This document shows, in pieces, positions 18,821 to 28,525 of a DNA stretch of 64,000 nt (its first letter is position 1; every line of letters begins with the position of its first letter). The notes below the pieces were generated by a model. That model did not search any database. It saw nothing but the letters and a program-made list of their open reading frames with translations, and had not been told where the DNA came from. The position numbers were made by a program, and so were the translations under genes. The DNA lies in assembly GCA_964543705.1 (NCBI GenBank), contig CAZIZP010000010.1:229-64228 (forward strand). The letters are read 5' to 3'. The stretch comes from an uncultured Chitinophagaceae bacterium. Lineage in GTDB: Bacteria > Bacteroidota > Bacteroidia > Chitinophagales > CAIOSU01.

Positions 18821-19996
18821 ATGAATCGCCTGTTACTGAAAATATTATGGAACAACCAAAGTAAATGGCAATTTTTATTTGCCATAGGCGGTTTTATTGT
18901 TGGGGTTTTTATAATGTTGGCTTCGCTTCAGTTGTATATTGAAGTGAAAAATATTTTATTCAAATCGGAACAAAACAAACAAAACGATTACCTGATAATT
19001 AATAAACAAGTAACGCTTGCCAATACTTTCAGTAAAGGGCAATCGGCATTTACACTGGAAGAAATAGATACGCTGAAAATGCAACCCTTCATAAAGTCGG
19101 TAGGGTTGTTTGAAACCAGTACCTTTTCTGTTCAGGCTAAATTACAAATGCAATTTGGCTTTAGCCCCGATATTTTTTTTGAAGCCGTACCCGATGAATA
19201 CATTGATAATAAGCCTGAAGAATTTGTGTGGGAAGAAGGTAACGACTTTGTGCCCATTATTATTTCAAACGAGTTTTTAAACATTTACAATTTTGGCGTG
19301 GCCATGAGTTCTAAAATGCCGCAACTACCCAAAGAAGCTATTCAAATGTTTCCTTTCAATATTGTTATTTTCAATAAAAATCAAAACACACAATTTAATG
19401 CAAGGGTTATTGGTTTTACCGATAGAATTCCCACTGTTTTAGTGCCGTTAAGTTTTATGAAATGGGCAAATAAAAACTATGGCACCAATGAAAGCCCCGC
19501 GCCACAAAGAGTTTTAATTGAAGTTTCAGAAAAAGATGAAAACTTTAAAACATTTTTAGCCGACAACAACTACATAACCAACCAAGAACAACTAAAAGGC
19601 GATAACACTAAAAAAATGCTAAACCTTATTGTGGCATTAGTAACCGTGGTGGGCGCGCTGTTTGTTATTTTATCTTTCGTAATATTTATTATCAATTTTC
19701 AATTGCTTATTTCAAGAGCTAAATATGAAATTGATGTAATAATGAACTTAGGATATTCTTATAATGCCATTAGCAATGTTTTAAATTTTCAACTGCTTAG
19801 TATATTAAGCATTTCGTTTGCAGCAATTGTTGCTACGTTGTTTTATCTTTTTAAGAAAGCAGGAATATGGGCTGCTGAAAAAGGAATTGAAACTTCAGGA
19901 AATTTATCAGGCGAGGTAATATTGGGAGGTGTGGCTATTGTAGTGCTATTAATGTTGCTCAACAACATTACATTAAGAATGTCTTTAAGAAAATAA
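18821..19996 (+). CDS. FtsX-like ABC transporter permease
   Basis: The ATG immediately follows the ATPase TAG stop (TAGATG). Topology is an N-terminal TM, a roughly 240-aa extracytoplasmic domain and 3 C-terminal TMs, as in MacB/FtsX. Confidence 0.75.
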   Translation: MNRLLLKILWNNQSKWQFLFAIGGFIVGVFIMLASLQLYIEVKNILFKSEQNKQNDYLIINKQVTLANTFSKGQSAFTLEEIDTLKMQPFIKSVGLFETSTFSVQAKLQMQFGFSPDIFFEAVPDEYIDNKPEEFVWEEGNDFVPIIISNEFLNIYNFGVAMSSKMPQLPKEAIQMFPFNIVIFNKNQNTQFNARVIGFTDRIPTVLVPLSFMKWANKNYGTNESPAPQRVLIEVSEKDENFKTFLADNNYITNQEQLKGDNTKKMLNLIVALVTVVGALFVILSFVIFIINFQLLISRAKYEIDVIMNLGYSYNAISNVLNFQLLSILSISFAAIVATLFYLFKKAGIWAAEKGIETSGNLSGEVILGGVAIVVLLMLLNNITLRMSLRK

Positions 19997-20000
19997 CTGT

Positions 20001-20174
20001 TTACTTTTCATTTGGAACTATCAGCTCGTATTGAGCTTCTGCTTCTGCCTTATTTAAATAAAATTGGTCTATTACTTTACTGTTTAAATAAACAAAGCCA
20101 AGTAAAAGCACACACATAAAAAGCAACAGTAAATTTGTTGCGGTGTTTTGTCTAATGGTGTAAAAGTTTTTCAT
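20001..20174 (-). CDS. possible small (57 aa) single-pass membrane protein
   Basis: Below the ORF-track cutoff. Reads MKNFYTIRQNTATNLLLLFMCVLLLGFVYLNSKVIDQFYLNKAEAEAQYELIVPNEK, with one clear TM span. Convergent with the FtsX-like gene. Confidence 0.3.
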   Translation of the reverse strand: MKNFYTIRQNTATNLLLLFMCVLLLGFVYLNSKVIDQFYLNKAEAEAQYELIVPNEK

Positions 20175-20385
20175 AACCGTGTTGATTGTTGTGAACTATA
20201 ACGATAAACTTTCAAGTTTAGTTTACGGGAAAGTTAATTATTTGTTTTACATAAATTAAGTACTAAGTAATTAACATATTAACAGTGTAATAAATATAAG
20301 GGCTTTCGCTATTATTAAAATTAAACTACGGTTAAGGTTCATAAAACAGTTAAGAAAATTAACCTAGATTCATACAACCCATAAT

Positions 20386-20427
20386 AAATAAAAAAGAGGC
20401 TCTTTTCAAAGCCTCTTCATTTTTTTC
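20386..20427. terminator. hairpin terminator downstream of slyD (usable on either strand)
   Basis: aagaggct (20394..20401) pairs with agcctctt (20410..20417). It is flanked by an A-run (a T-run on the minus strand) at 20386..20395 and a T-run at 20421..20427. Confidence 0.7.
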
Positions 20428-20439
20428 TGCTGAAAAATA

Positions 20440-20949
20440 TTAATGGTGATGCCCGCCCGGGCCATGTACATGACCATGAGCTAATTCTTCTTCAGTAGCT
20501 TCACGAACATTCAATACCTCTCCGGTAAAATGTAAGCCTTTACCTGCAAGCGGATGATTAAAATCCATTATTACTACTTCACTGCCTGCATCAACTACTT
20601 TGCCTCTCATAGGGTTGCCATCTTGGTCAACCAGCGTTAAGTAATTACCGGCAAACAATACTTCTGAAGCATCTTGCCCGTTATCGGTATCGAATACAGA
20701 ACGAGGCACTTGAATAATAGCTTCTTCGGTATATAAGCCGTAACCGTTTTCGGCTGTAATAGCAAAAGCGAAATCGTTACCTGCTTCTTTGCCTAATAAA
20801 TTATCTTCAAAATCGGGCAATAAAGAATCGGCTCCAAAAAGAAATACAAACGGCTCGGCAGCTTCAACTTGCTCTACCAAGTCGCCTTCAGCATGGTCAA
20901 CGCGTAGCGTGTAGGTAAGCGATACCACTGTGTTTGGTGAAATTTTCAT
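20440..20949 (-). CDS. slyD: FKBP-type peptidyl-prolyl isomerase SlyD with a His-rich C-terminal tail
   Basis: SlyD-like FKBP domain plus insert-in-flap organisation (VVSLTYTLRV..., MDFNHPLAGK). The tail is HGHVHGPGGHHH. Confidence 0.8.
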   Translation of the reverse strand: MKISPNTVVSLTYTLRVDHAEGDLVEQVEAAEPFVFLFGADSLLPDFEDNLLGKEAGNDFAFAITAENGYGLYTEEAIIQVPRSVFDTDNGQDASEVLFAGNYLTLVDQDGNPMRGKVVDAGSEVVIMDFNHPLAGKGLHFTGEVLNVREATEEELAHGHVHGPGGHHH

Positions 20950-21044
20950 GATAAACTTTTAATGATGAATAATGGCACAAGATAACTCAATTAAATAAGG
21001 GCAAAAACTTAATACATAAAACCAAGCGCTTTACTAAGGTTTAG

Positions 21045-22361
21045 TTAAACCTTCTCTTTATGCTGAATAAAAAGAAAATACATATAAGACAAGGCCATTA
21101 ATATTGCCGTAACCATTAAAATTTTCAGGTTATAATAGCTCATAGCTATTAATGAAAAAAAAGCTATTGATAATGCAACTAAAGGAAACACAGGGTAAAA
21201 AGGAACTTTAAATGGTCGCTCTAAGGAAGGTTCATTTTTCCGCAGCTTTATTAGCGATATCATTGAAATAATATACAGTACCAATGCACCAAAGCAAGCT
21301 ATAGTTATTATTTCGCCTGTTTTACCGGTAAGCAGTGCAATAATGCCCACTACCATGTTTACCAACAATGCATTAGCAGGTGTTTGAAATTTTGGATGAA
21401 TATTGCCCAGCATTTTCGGAAAATGCCCCACTCTTCCAAATTCAAATGTAGCGCGCCCTGCTGCTAAAATAATTCCATGAAAACTGGCTACTAAGCCAAA
21501 CAAACCAATAGTTACCAGCAAGTGATACATCCAATGGTTTTCACTAACAATTTTGGCTAAAGCCAATGGCAAAGGAGAATCGGAGGTTTCGCCATCGGGC
21601 TTGAATACTATTGCCTCCCAGCCTGCTACACCTACCGAAGAAGTAAAGGTTAAAACACACAGCAATACCAATGTGGCTATTGCTGAACCAAAACCAATTA
21701 ACACGTTTCGTTGCGGATTTATAGTTTCTTCGGCAACATTGGCAACGCCTTCAATAGCTAAGAAAAACCAAATAGCAAAAGGTATGGCAGCAAAAGCGCC
21801 TGTAAAACCATTGGGCAACGCATTGGCTTTTAAATTAGAAAATTCAAAATGAGGCAAGGTAATACCTGCAAATAGTAATAGCTCGCCCACTGCAAAAATG
21901 GTAATTACCAATTCAAAAATTGCAGCAGCTTTTACGCCAGAAATATTCAGCAAAGTGAATAACAGATACGCAATAATAGCTATTGCAATAATGGGTATGG
22001 CAGGAAAGAAAATATTGAAGTAAGTACCAATGGCAATTGCAATAGCAGGAGGTGCAAAAACAAATTCTATGTTTTGAGCCATGCCTGCAATGAAGCCCCA
22101 TTTTTTGCCCAAAGCTCTATCGGCATAATCGAAAGCACCACCGGCTTTAGGTATGGCACAAGCCAGTTCGGTATAACTAAATGTAAAAGTGATATACATA
22201 ATAGTGATGAAAAAAGTAGCGATAGCAAGCCCAAGCGTGCCGCCTTTTTCCAAACCCAAGTTCCAGCCAAAATACATTCCTGAAATAACATAGCCTACGC
22301 CCAAGCCCCATAGCATTACAGGACCTAAAGTTTTTTTCAGTTTTATGGTTTCATTACTCAT
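21045..22361 (-). CDS. APC superfamily amino acid permease (ethanolamine permease-like)
   Basis: About 12 TM spans. The N-terminus LKKTLGPVMLWGLGVGYVISGMYFGWNLGL resembles Eat-type ethanolamine permeases. I prefer ATG 22361 over the TTG at 22382. Confidence 0.8.
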   Translation of the reverse strand: MSNETIKLKKTLGPVMLWGLGVGYVISGMYFGWNLGLEKGGTLGLAIATFFITIMYITFTFSYTELACAIPKAGGAFDYADRALGKKWGFIAGMAQNIEFVFAPPAIAIAIGTYFNIFFPAIPIIAIAIIAYLLFTLLNISGVKAAAIFELVITIFAVGELLLFAGITLPHFEFSNLKANALPNGFTGAFAAIPFAIWFFLAIEGVANVAEETINPQRNVLIGFGSAIATLVLLCVLTFTSSVGVAGWEAIVFKPDGETSDSPLPLALAKIVSENHWMYHLLVTIGLFGLVASFHGIILAAGRATFEFGRVGHFPKMLGNIHPKFQTPANALLVNMVVGIIALLTGKTGEIITIACFGALVLYIISMISLIKLRKNEPSLERPFKVPFYPVFPLVALSIAFFSLIAMSYYNLKILMVTAILMALSYMYFLFIQHKEKV

Positions 22362-22435
22362 TGTTAAGTGTTTCAAAAACAAAATAATATCATTTACTGT
22401 AATTTCGGTTAGCAGAAAACAAATAAATATTTTTT

Positions 22436-24241
22436 ATGTACAAGCAGATACATGGTTGGGCGGTTATAATTATATTTTTTGTTAGTATTGTGCAAGCAGT
22501 GGCTCAAAGCAAAGCAACCAAGCACTTGTTGAGTGGCAATTACACTAAAGCCTACTTGATTATAACAGAAGGTTTAAAGAAAAAGCCTGATGATATAGGC
22601 TTACATTTCGATGCGGCACGTTTATATTTTTTCAACGATCATAAGCAACATAAACTGGAAACTGCTTGGACACATATTATGCGCTGCGAAGCATTACTTC
22701 AGAAAATAAAAGACCCTAAACAAATAAAAAAGTTGAAGGCTTTGGGTGTTAGAACACTTACCGTTAAGCTGCTGAAAAATCAAATTGAAAACAGCGCTTT
22801 TCAAATAGCCGATAGCATAAATAATTCTGCATCGTGGGAACATTTTATCAGTAATTTTTCAGGAGCAACAAAACAAAAAATTGCTATGGAGCGCAGAAAC
22901 GATGCAGCTTTCAAAGAAGCACAGGAAAATTTTTCTTACGAAAGCTTTAAAGATTTTATGGAAAAATATCCGAATGCAGCACAGGTAAACGAGGCCAAAA
23001 AACTATATGAAAGCTTGTTGTACAAAAAAATAACTCAACCCGGCACATGGCAGGCATACAAAGAGTTTTTAGATAAACATTACGACAGCCCTTATAGCGA
23101 TGAAGCACGAGCACAATATGAATTGCTTTTGTTTAAAGATGTTTGCAAGCCGGGCAACATAAAATCTTACATAGATTTTATACAAAACCATGCTGCCAAT
23201 CGCTATGTGCCGCAAGCAGAAGATTCTGTGTATAGTTTATTCATACAAAAAGGTAATGCAGAAAACTTTATTCAGTTTGCTCAACAATTTCCGAAAAACA
23301 AAAATGCCGTTGACGCATGGCGAAATGCTTATTTGCTCTCAACTTCAGACTTTACCCCTGAAAGCATTGAAGCTTTTGCGCAACAGTATCCTGCTTTTCC
23401 GCTAACTAATATGGTGGTGAAAGATAAAAAATTGGCAAGTACTTTTTTGCTTTCTTTTGAAGACAATGAGTTGTATGGCTACAAAGACACGCTTACTAAA
23501 GAAATAAAAATAAAACCTGTTTTTGAAGAAGTTGCCGAGTTTAGCGGAAGGCTGGCAGCAGTGAAGCCCAAAGGCTGTGAGCCTGAATGTAAATTTGGCT
23601 ATATAAACCGTGAAGGTATTTTTGAAATCGATGCACATTTTGATGAAGCGGGCGACTTTTTAAATGGCTTTGCAGTAGTAGGCATTGGAAATTGTTTACA
23701 AGGCGAATGTTTGTACGGTTTAATTAATGAAACCGGAAAAATTATTTTGCCTGTTCAGTATGAAGAGGTGTATGACATGACTTTAGATGGCTTGGCATTA
23801 ATTAAACAAACAGACAAAGGTTATGGCTTTGCCAACGCAGCAGGAAAAATTACACTGAAACCATTTTATAACGATGCTTATAGTTTCAGCGAAGGCTTAG
23901 CAGCAGTGAAAAAAGATTCTTTGTGGCGATTTATAGATGTAAATGGAAATGCAGTTATTCCACCATTGTTTTACAATGCAGGCAACTTTGCCAATGGCTT
24001 AGCGCCAGTTTGTAATCAACAAAATTTATGGGGCTATATAAACACTGAAGGCACTTATGTAATACCTGCAAAGTTTGCTTTTGCCAATACTTATGAAAAC
24101 GGAAAAGCCCTAGTATTGGTAAAAGAAAAGAACAAAAAAGGGCTCGAAATTTTAATTGAAAAAACAATTGATTTAAAAGGTAATTTTATTGAAGCTGAAA
24201 AAAACAAAAAAACAGTGCCAATAAAGAAAGGTAAAAAATAA
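22436..24241 (+). CDS. secreted WG-repeat (KWG) protein with an N-terminal helical-repeat region
   Basis: Signal peptide. The C-terminal half has repeated (F/Y/W)G(Y/F)I(N/D)..G motifs: FGYINREG, YGLINETG, WRFIDVNG, WGYINTEG. Confidence 0.7.
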   Translation: MYKQIHGWAVIIIFFVSIVQAVAQSKATKHLLSGNYTKAYLIITEGLKKKPDDIGLHFDAARLYFFNDHKQHKLETAWTHIMRCEALLQKIKDPKQIKKLKALGVRTLTVKLLKNQIENSAFQIADSINNSASWEHFISNFSGATKQKIAMERRNDAAFKEAQENFSYESFKDFMEKYPNAAQVNEAKKLYESLLYKKITQPGTWQAYKEFLDKHYDSPYSDEARAQYELLLFKDVCKPGNIKSYIDFIQNHAANRYVPQAEDSVYSLFIQKGNAENFIQFAQQFPKNKNAVDAWRNAYLLSTSDFTPESIEAFAQQYPAFPLTNMVVKDKKLASTFLLSFEDNELYGYKDTLTKEIKIKPVFEEVAEFSGRLAAVKPKGCEPECKFGYINREGIFEIDAHFDEAGDFLNGFAVVGIGNCLQGECLYGLINETGKIILPVQYEEVYDMTLDGLALIKQTDKGYGFANAAGKITLKPFYNDAYSFSEGLAAVKKDSLWRFIDVNGNAVIPPLFYNAGNFANGLAPVCNQQNLWGYINTEGTYVIPAKFAFANTYENGKALVLVKEKNKKGLEILIEKTIDLKGNFIEAEKNKKTVPIKKGKK

Positions 24242-24308
24242 AGTTTATACACTTAATGAACTTTTACACGCCAACTTGCTTTAACTTTACAAAGAAAATT
24301 ATAGCATT

Positions 24309-24872
24309 ATGATTATTGAAATATATACCGAATACACCCCTAATCCTGAATCTTTAAAGTTTGTTGCCAATAAAATGTTATTGCCGGGCAATAGTGTTGA
24401 TTTTCGTGATGCAACAGATGTGAAAAATGCACCTCTTGCTGAAGCATTGTTTCAACAGTTTTCTTTTGTAAAGGGAGTTTTTATTTCCAACAACTTTGTT
24501 ACAATTACTAAAAATGATGCCGAACAGGAATGGATTGAGCTTGTCCCTGAAGTAAAACAGTTTATAAAACTATACCTTTCAGAAGATAAACCTATCGTAA
24601 CAGCCCACGCTGCTATTGAAGATATTGTAGCGGGTGGCAATGAATTAGAAGCAAAAATCATCAATGTTTTAGACACTTATGTTCGCCCTGCAGTTGAAAT
24701 GGATGGCGGAAATATTCGTTTTAAATCTTACAATGAAGGTATTGTAACTGTTATGATGCAAGGCTCATGCAGTGGTTGTCCTTCTTCAACCCTAACTCTA
24801 AAATCAGGCATTGAAGGGTTGCTTAAACGAATGGTTCCTGAAGTAACCGAAGTAGTTGCCGAAGCCGAATAA
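24309..24872 (+). CDS. NifU/Nfu-type Fe-S cluster scaffold protein
   Basis: Nfu_N-like N-terminal domain plus a NifU C-terminal domain with the CxxC motif (MQGSCSGCPSSTLTLK). Confidence 0.85.
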   Translation: MIIEIYTEYTPNPESLKFVANKMLLPGNSVDFRDATDVKNAPLAEALFQQFSFVKGVFISNNFVTITKNDAEQEWIELVPEVKQFIKLYLSEDKPIVTAHAAIEDIVAGGNELEAKIINVLDTYVRPAVEMDGGNIRFKSYNEGIVTVMMQGSCSGCPSSTLTLKSGIEGLLKRMVPEVTEVVAEAE

Positions 24873-24874
24873 TT

Positions 24875-25375
24875 TTATCCAAACTGGCAAATAATACCAC
24901 CCATAATGGTTAATGCAACTAGCCAGTAACCAACATTAATGGCTATGTATTTAAAACCTTTTCTTTCGAAGAGCGCATTAGTACCTAATACAGGTAACAC
25001 AAAAAATAATCCTGCCAGCAGTCCATGAAAAGCACCATGCTTAAAAGTGCGGAAATTACTGCCGTATTGTTCCATAAAATCTTTCAGCATAAGGCTTAAT
25101 GCTGAATTGGGGTCTTTTAAAGAAGGTTCGTCCATAACAGCCGAATAAATATGTGCCTGATGAATAACAATAAAGTTTATTTGAAGTGAAAGCAAAAAAC
25201 TAAGCAATAAGCTAATTCCAAAAATAAGGGGCATGTTAGCATTTGTTATTTGCTCGTCAGATACACCGGCTGTTTTTTGCCACGCATTTCCTAATACTTT
25301 AGGATGATACCAAATAAAGCCAAGTACCATTGGCACCAGGGCAGCAATTGCAATTACTAAAAAGTTAGGGTTCAT
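24875..25375 (-). CDS. DUF1761 family membrane protein
   Basis: Four hydrophobic spans. N-terminal LGFIWYHPKVLGNAW signature. Confidence 0.6.
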   Translation of the reverse strand: MNPNFLVIAIAALVPMVLGFIWYHPKVLGNAWQKTAGVSDEQITNANMPLIFGISLLLSFLLSLQINFIVIHQAHIYSAVMDEPSLKDPNSALSLMLKDFMEQYGSNFRTFKHGAFHGLLAGLFFVLPVLGTNALFERKGFKYIAINVGYWLVALTIMGGIICQFG

Positions 25376-25545
25376 AATTATGGTTTTATGCAGTTAAAAG
25401 TAAGTATTTATATGAAAAAAATGCAAATTCAAATAATAAATAATTATTTAACCACATTGGCAGTAAAAATTATTGTACCTGAATTTTATAAATATAAAAT
25501 ATGCCAGTGGTAAATAGAAAAAGATTTTGAAACCCATTATTTCTC

Positions 25546-25553
25546 TAAATTTG
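25546..25553 (+). promoter_or_regulatory. candidate -7 promoter box (TAnnTTTG) for the yqeY-like/cvpA/pabA-like gene run
   Basis: TAAATTTG is an exact consensus match and ends 17 nt upstream of ATG 25570. Confidence 0.4.
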
Positions 25554-25569
25554 CAAAAACGATACTACT

Positions 25570-26016
25570 ATGAGTTTAGAAGCAAAAGTGATGGAGTTAA
25601 TGAAAAAAGCCATGGTTGAAAAAAATCAGGGGGCATTAAGAGGATTAAGAGCTGTAAAAAGTGCTATACTGTTAGCTCAAACAGAAAAGGGCTCATCAGG
25701 CACACTAAGTGAGGAGCAAGAAATTCAACTAATTAATAAATTACTTAAACAGCGTAAAGATTCTTTAGCCATTTTTACTGAGCAAAACCGCGAAGATTTA
25801 GCCGAAAAAGAGCGTGAAGAAATAGCAGTGTTAGAGCAGTTTTTGCCAGAACAGCTAAGTGAGGAAGAGCTCGAAAAAGAAATTAAAACAATTATTGACG
25901 AAGTAGGTGCAAAAGAACCCAAGGACATGGGCAAAGTAATGGGTGCTGCAAAAAAGCTTGCAGGCAAAGCCGACAATAAAGCAATATCTGAAATGGTAAA
26001 AAAACTGTTGCAATAA
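25570..26016 (+). CDS. GatB/YqeY domain-containing protein
   Basis: 148 aa. Typical YqeY-like sequence (MKKAMVEKNQGALRGLRAVKSAI...KDMGKVMGAAKKLAGKADNKAISEMVKKLL). Confidence 0.85.
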   Translation: MSLEAKVMELMKKAMVEKNQGALRGLRAVKSAILLAQTEKGSSGTLSEEQEIQLINKLLKQRKDSLAIFTEQNREDLAEKEREEIAVLEQFLPEQLSEEELEKEIKTIIDEVGAKEPKDMGKVMGAAKKLAGKADNKAISEMVKKLLQ

Positions 26017-26021
26017 TATTT

Positions 26022-26546
26022 ATGGCAATAGACGTTGTGTATCTTATTTTTCTTGGCATTGGTATTTGGCAAGGCTTCAAAAAAGGCATAATAGAAACTT
26101 TATTTGGTGTGGCTGCGCTTTTTTTAGGCATCTTGGTTTCAGTGAAGTTAAGCCACAACATGTCTGTTTTTTTACGTGAGTCGTTTGGCTGGAAAACAAA
26201 TCTGCTCCCTTTTATTTCACTGGTATTACTAATGTTTATTACCATTTTTATTATAAGAATGGTATCAAAACTTATTGAAAATATTGCACAAGAAATTCAA
26301 TTAGGTTTTTTTAATCGCTTACTAGGGGCATTACTTTGGTGTCTTGTATTGTCAGTTGTTTTCAGTGTACTTATTTGGTTGTTTAACCAAATGAATTTAT
26401 TTCCAGACTCTTTAAAAAATGATTCTAAATCTTATAATTATTTAGTGAAATTAGCCCCGGCTACTTTCGACTTTTTTGGCGATATGATGCCTTATTTTCA
26501 AGGTGTTTTTGATTCACTACGAAAATTTTTAACCGAGCCTGCATAA
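26022..26546 (+). CDS. CvpA family membrane protein
   Basis: 174 aa, 4 TM spans. The N-terminus DVVYLIFLGIGIWQGFKKGIIETLFG is typical of the colicin V production protein family. Confidence 0.7.
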   Translation: MAIDVVYLIFLGIGIWQGFKKGIIETLFGVAALFLGILVSVKLSHNMSVFLRESFGWKTNLLPFISLVLLMFITIFIIRMVSKLIENIAQEIQLGFFNRLLGALLWCLVLSVVFSVLIWLFNQMNLFPDSLKNDSKSYNYLVKLAPATFDFFGDMMPYFQGVFDSLRKFLTEPA

Positions 26547-26564
26547 TTAATAACACTACATATT

Positions 26565-27143
26565 ATGCTGCTGCTTTTAGATAATTACGATTCATTCACT
26601 TATAACCTTTACGATTACTTATTGCAATTACACGAAAACGTGATGGTATATAGAAATGACGATATAACCATTGAAGAAATAACAGCATTAAAGCCCAAAG
26701 GCATTGTTATTTCCCCGGGCCCAAAAACACCTAAAGATGCAGGTATAACCTTAAAAGTTATTAAACACTTTCATTACAACATTCCAATTCTGGGCATTTG
26801 CCTAGGGCATCAGGCATTAGGTATTTTTTTTGGCGCAGAATTATTGCAAGCCGGTTACCCCATGCATGGAAAAACTTCGCTAATTCAGCATAACAATGAT
26901 GCCTTATTTCAAAATATTTCTAACCCGTTTGAGGCAATGCGCTATCATTCGCTATATCTTGACAGATTAGAGCATACGCCTTTGCAAATAATTGCTGCCA
27001 CTGTCAACGATAATATTCCTATGGCAATTAAACATAAAAGCCTCCCCTTATACGGCTTGCAGTTTCATCCGGAATCTATATTAACACCCGATGGATTAAC
27101 CATGCTGAACAATTGGTTGCAAATAAATAATCTTTCAAAATAA
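26565..27143 (+). CDS. anthranilate/aminodeoxychorismate synthase component II (class I glutamine amidotransferase)
   Basis: MLLLLDNYDSFTYNLYDY, catalytic GICLGHQ, and the His-Glu region LQFHPES. No component I gene is adjacent. Confidence 0.85.
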   Translation: MLLLLDNYDSFTYNLYDYLLQLHENVMVYRNDDITIEEITALKPKGIVISPGPKTPKDAGITLKVIKHFHYNIPILGICLGHQALGIFFGAELLQAGYPMHGKTSLIQHNNDALFQNISNPFEAMRYHSLYLDRLEHTPLQIIAATVNDNIPMAIKHKSLPLYGLQFHPESILTPDGLTMLNNWLQINNLSK

Positions 27144-27148
27144 TTGCC

Positions 27149-28516
27149 ATGCTTCCTGAAAAATTTCTACAACAAATGGCATTGCAATTAAAAGATGACC
27201 TGCCTGCTTTTAAGCAAGCATTGCAAGAACCTGCACCGGTAAGTATTAGAATAAATTCTGAAAAAATTACAACACCACTATCGTATGAAGAGGTGCCTTG
27301 GTGTAGCAATGCATATTATTTAAAAAATCGTCCTGCATTTATTTTCGACCCGCTTTGGCATGCAGGGGCATACTATGTGCAAGAGGCTAGTTCTATGTTA
27401 ATTGCGACAGCTTTCAGGCAATTATTTCCGCAGCCTGAAAACTTAAATGTATTAGACCTTTGTGCTGCCCCAGGTGGCAAAAGTACCTTGTTGCTATCGT
27501 TGTTTTCAGAAAATAGTTTATTGGTGGCTAATGAAGTAATTGCCTCAAGAAATAGTTTACTTCGCGAAAACCTAATAAGATGGGGCAAAGCAAATATTGT
27601 AGTTACACAAAATGACCCCAGAGATTTTCAAAAAACGCAAAATTTTTTCGATTGTATTTTAATTGATGCACCTTGCAGTGGTGAAGGTTTATTTAGAAAA
27701 GACCTTGGTGCAGTAAATGAATGGAGCGAAGCCAATCTACAGCTATGTGAGGCGCGTCAGCAACGCATAGTAGAAGATGTATTGCCTGCACTAAAGCCCA
27801 ATGGCTACATTATATACAGTACGTGTACTTATAACTCTGCAGAAAATGAAGAACAAATAGCTTCATTTGTAAAAATGCACAATCTGAAAACAGTCGCTAT
27901 TCAATTTGAAAAAAGCTGGGGAATAGTAGAAGATGAAACTTCGGGGCTTCATTGCTATCCGCACAAAGTGAAAGGTGAAGGGTTTTTTATGGCAATATTG
28001 CAAAAAACTTCTGAAGAAAACATTAAAGATTGTAAGGTAAAAAACAGGCTGAATATATTGAACACAAAAGACAAAAAGCCTTTAGATGATTTATTACTTC
28101 AACCTGAATTATACGAATGGATTTCTTATCAGGAAAAATTACATTTCTTTCCAAAGGAAAAAATAAATGACTTTAATATTTTATTACAGTCCTTGCATGT
28201 GAAAATGTTTGGGTTTTCAGGTGCGCAGTTAAAGCATCGCGACATTATTCCACAGCCGGAAATTGCCTTTGCTATTGCATTTAAAAAAGCACATTTTCCT
28301 TGTTTTGAATTAAACCATGAAGATGCTTTGAAATTTCTGCGAAAAGATATTTTTGAAATAGAAAGCAATGTTCAAGGCTGGGCAGTAGTTACTTTTAAAT
28401 ATATACCATTAGGTTTCATAAAAATCAATGGAAGCAGAGTAAACAATTATTATGCAGTTAACTGGCGATTGAGAAAAACTATAGAAACTGATTTATTTTG
28501 GTGCGTTTCAGGATAG
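27149..28516 (+). CDS. rRNA cytosine-C5 methyltransferase (RsmB/RsmF, NOL1/NOP2/Sun family)
   Basis: SAM-binding DLCAAPGGKST. Catalytic Cys motifs IDAPCSGEG and YSTCTYN. RsmF-like C-terminal domain. Confidence 0.85.
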   Translation: MLPEKFLQQMALQLKDDLPAFKQALQEPAPVSIRINSEKITTPLSYEEVPWCSNAYYLKNRPAFIFDPLWHAGAYYVQEASSMLIATAFRQLFPQPENLNVLDLCAAPGGKSTLLLSLFSENSLLVANEVIASRNSLLRENLIRWGKANIVVTQNDPRDFQKTQNFFDCILIDAPCSGEGLFRKDLGAVNEWSEANLQLCEARQQRIVEDVLPALKPNGYIIYSTCTYNSAENEEQIASFVKMHNLKTVAIQFEKSWGIVEDETSGLHCYPHKVKGEGFFMAILQKTSEENIKDCKVKNRLNILNTKDKKPLDDLLLQPELYEWISYQEKLHFFPKEKINDFNILLQSLHVKMFGFSGAQLKHRDIIPQPEIAFAIAFKKAHFPCFELNHEDALKFLRKDIFEIESNVQGWAVVTFKYIPLGFIKINGSRVNNYYAVNWRLRKTIETDLFWCVSG

Positions 28517-28525
28517 CAGATTATA

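Noticed and set aside
25725-26245. Two overlapping minus strand ORFs (115 and 117 aa) across the yqeY-like/cvpA junction
   Set aside because: They are antisense shadows of two well-supported + strand genes. Their compositions (Ser/Leu/Phe/Cys-rich) are typical of non-coding frames.
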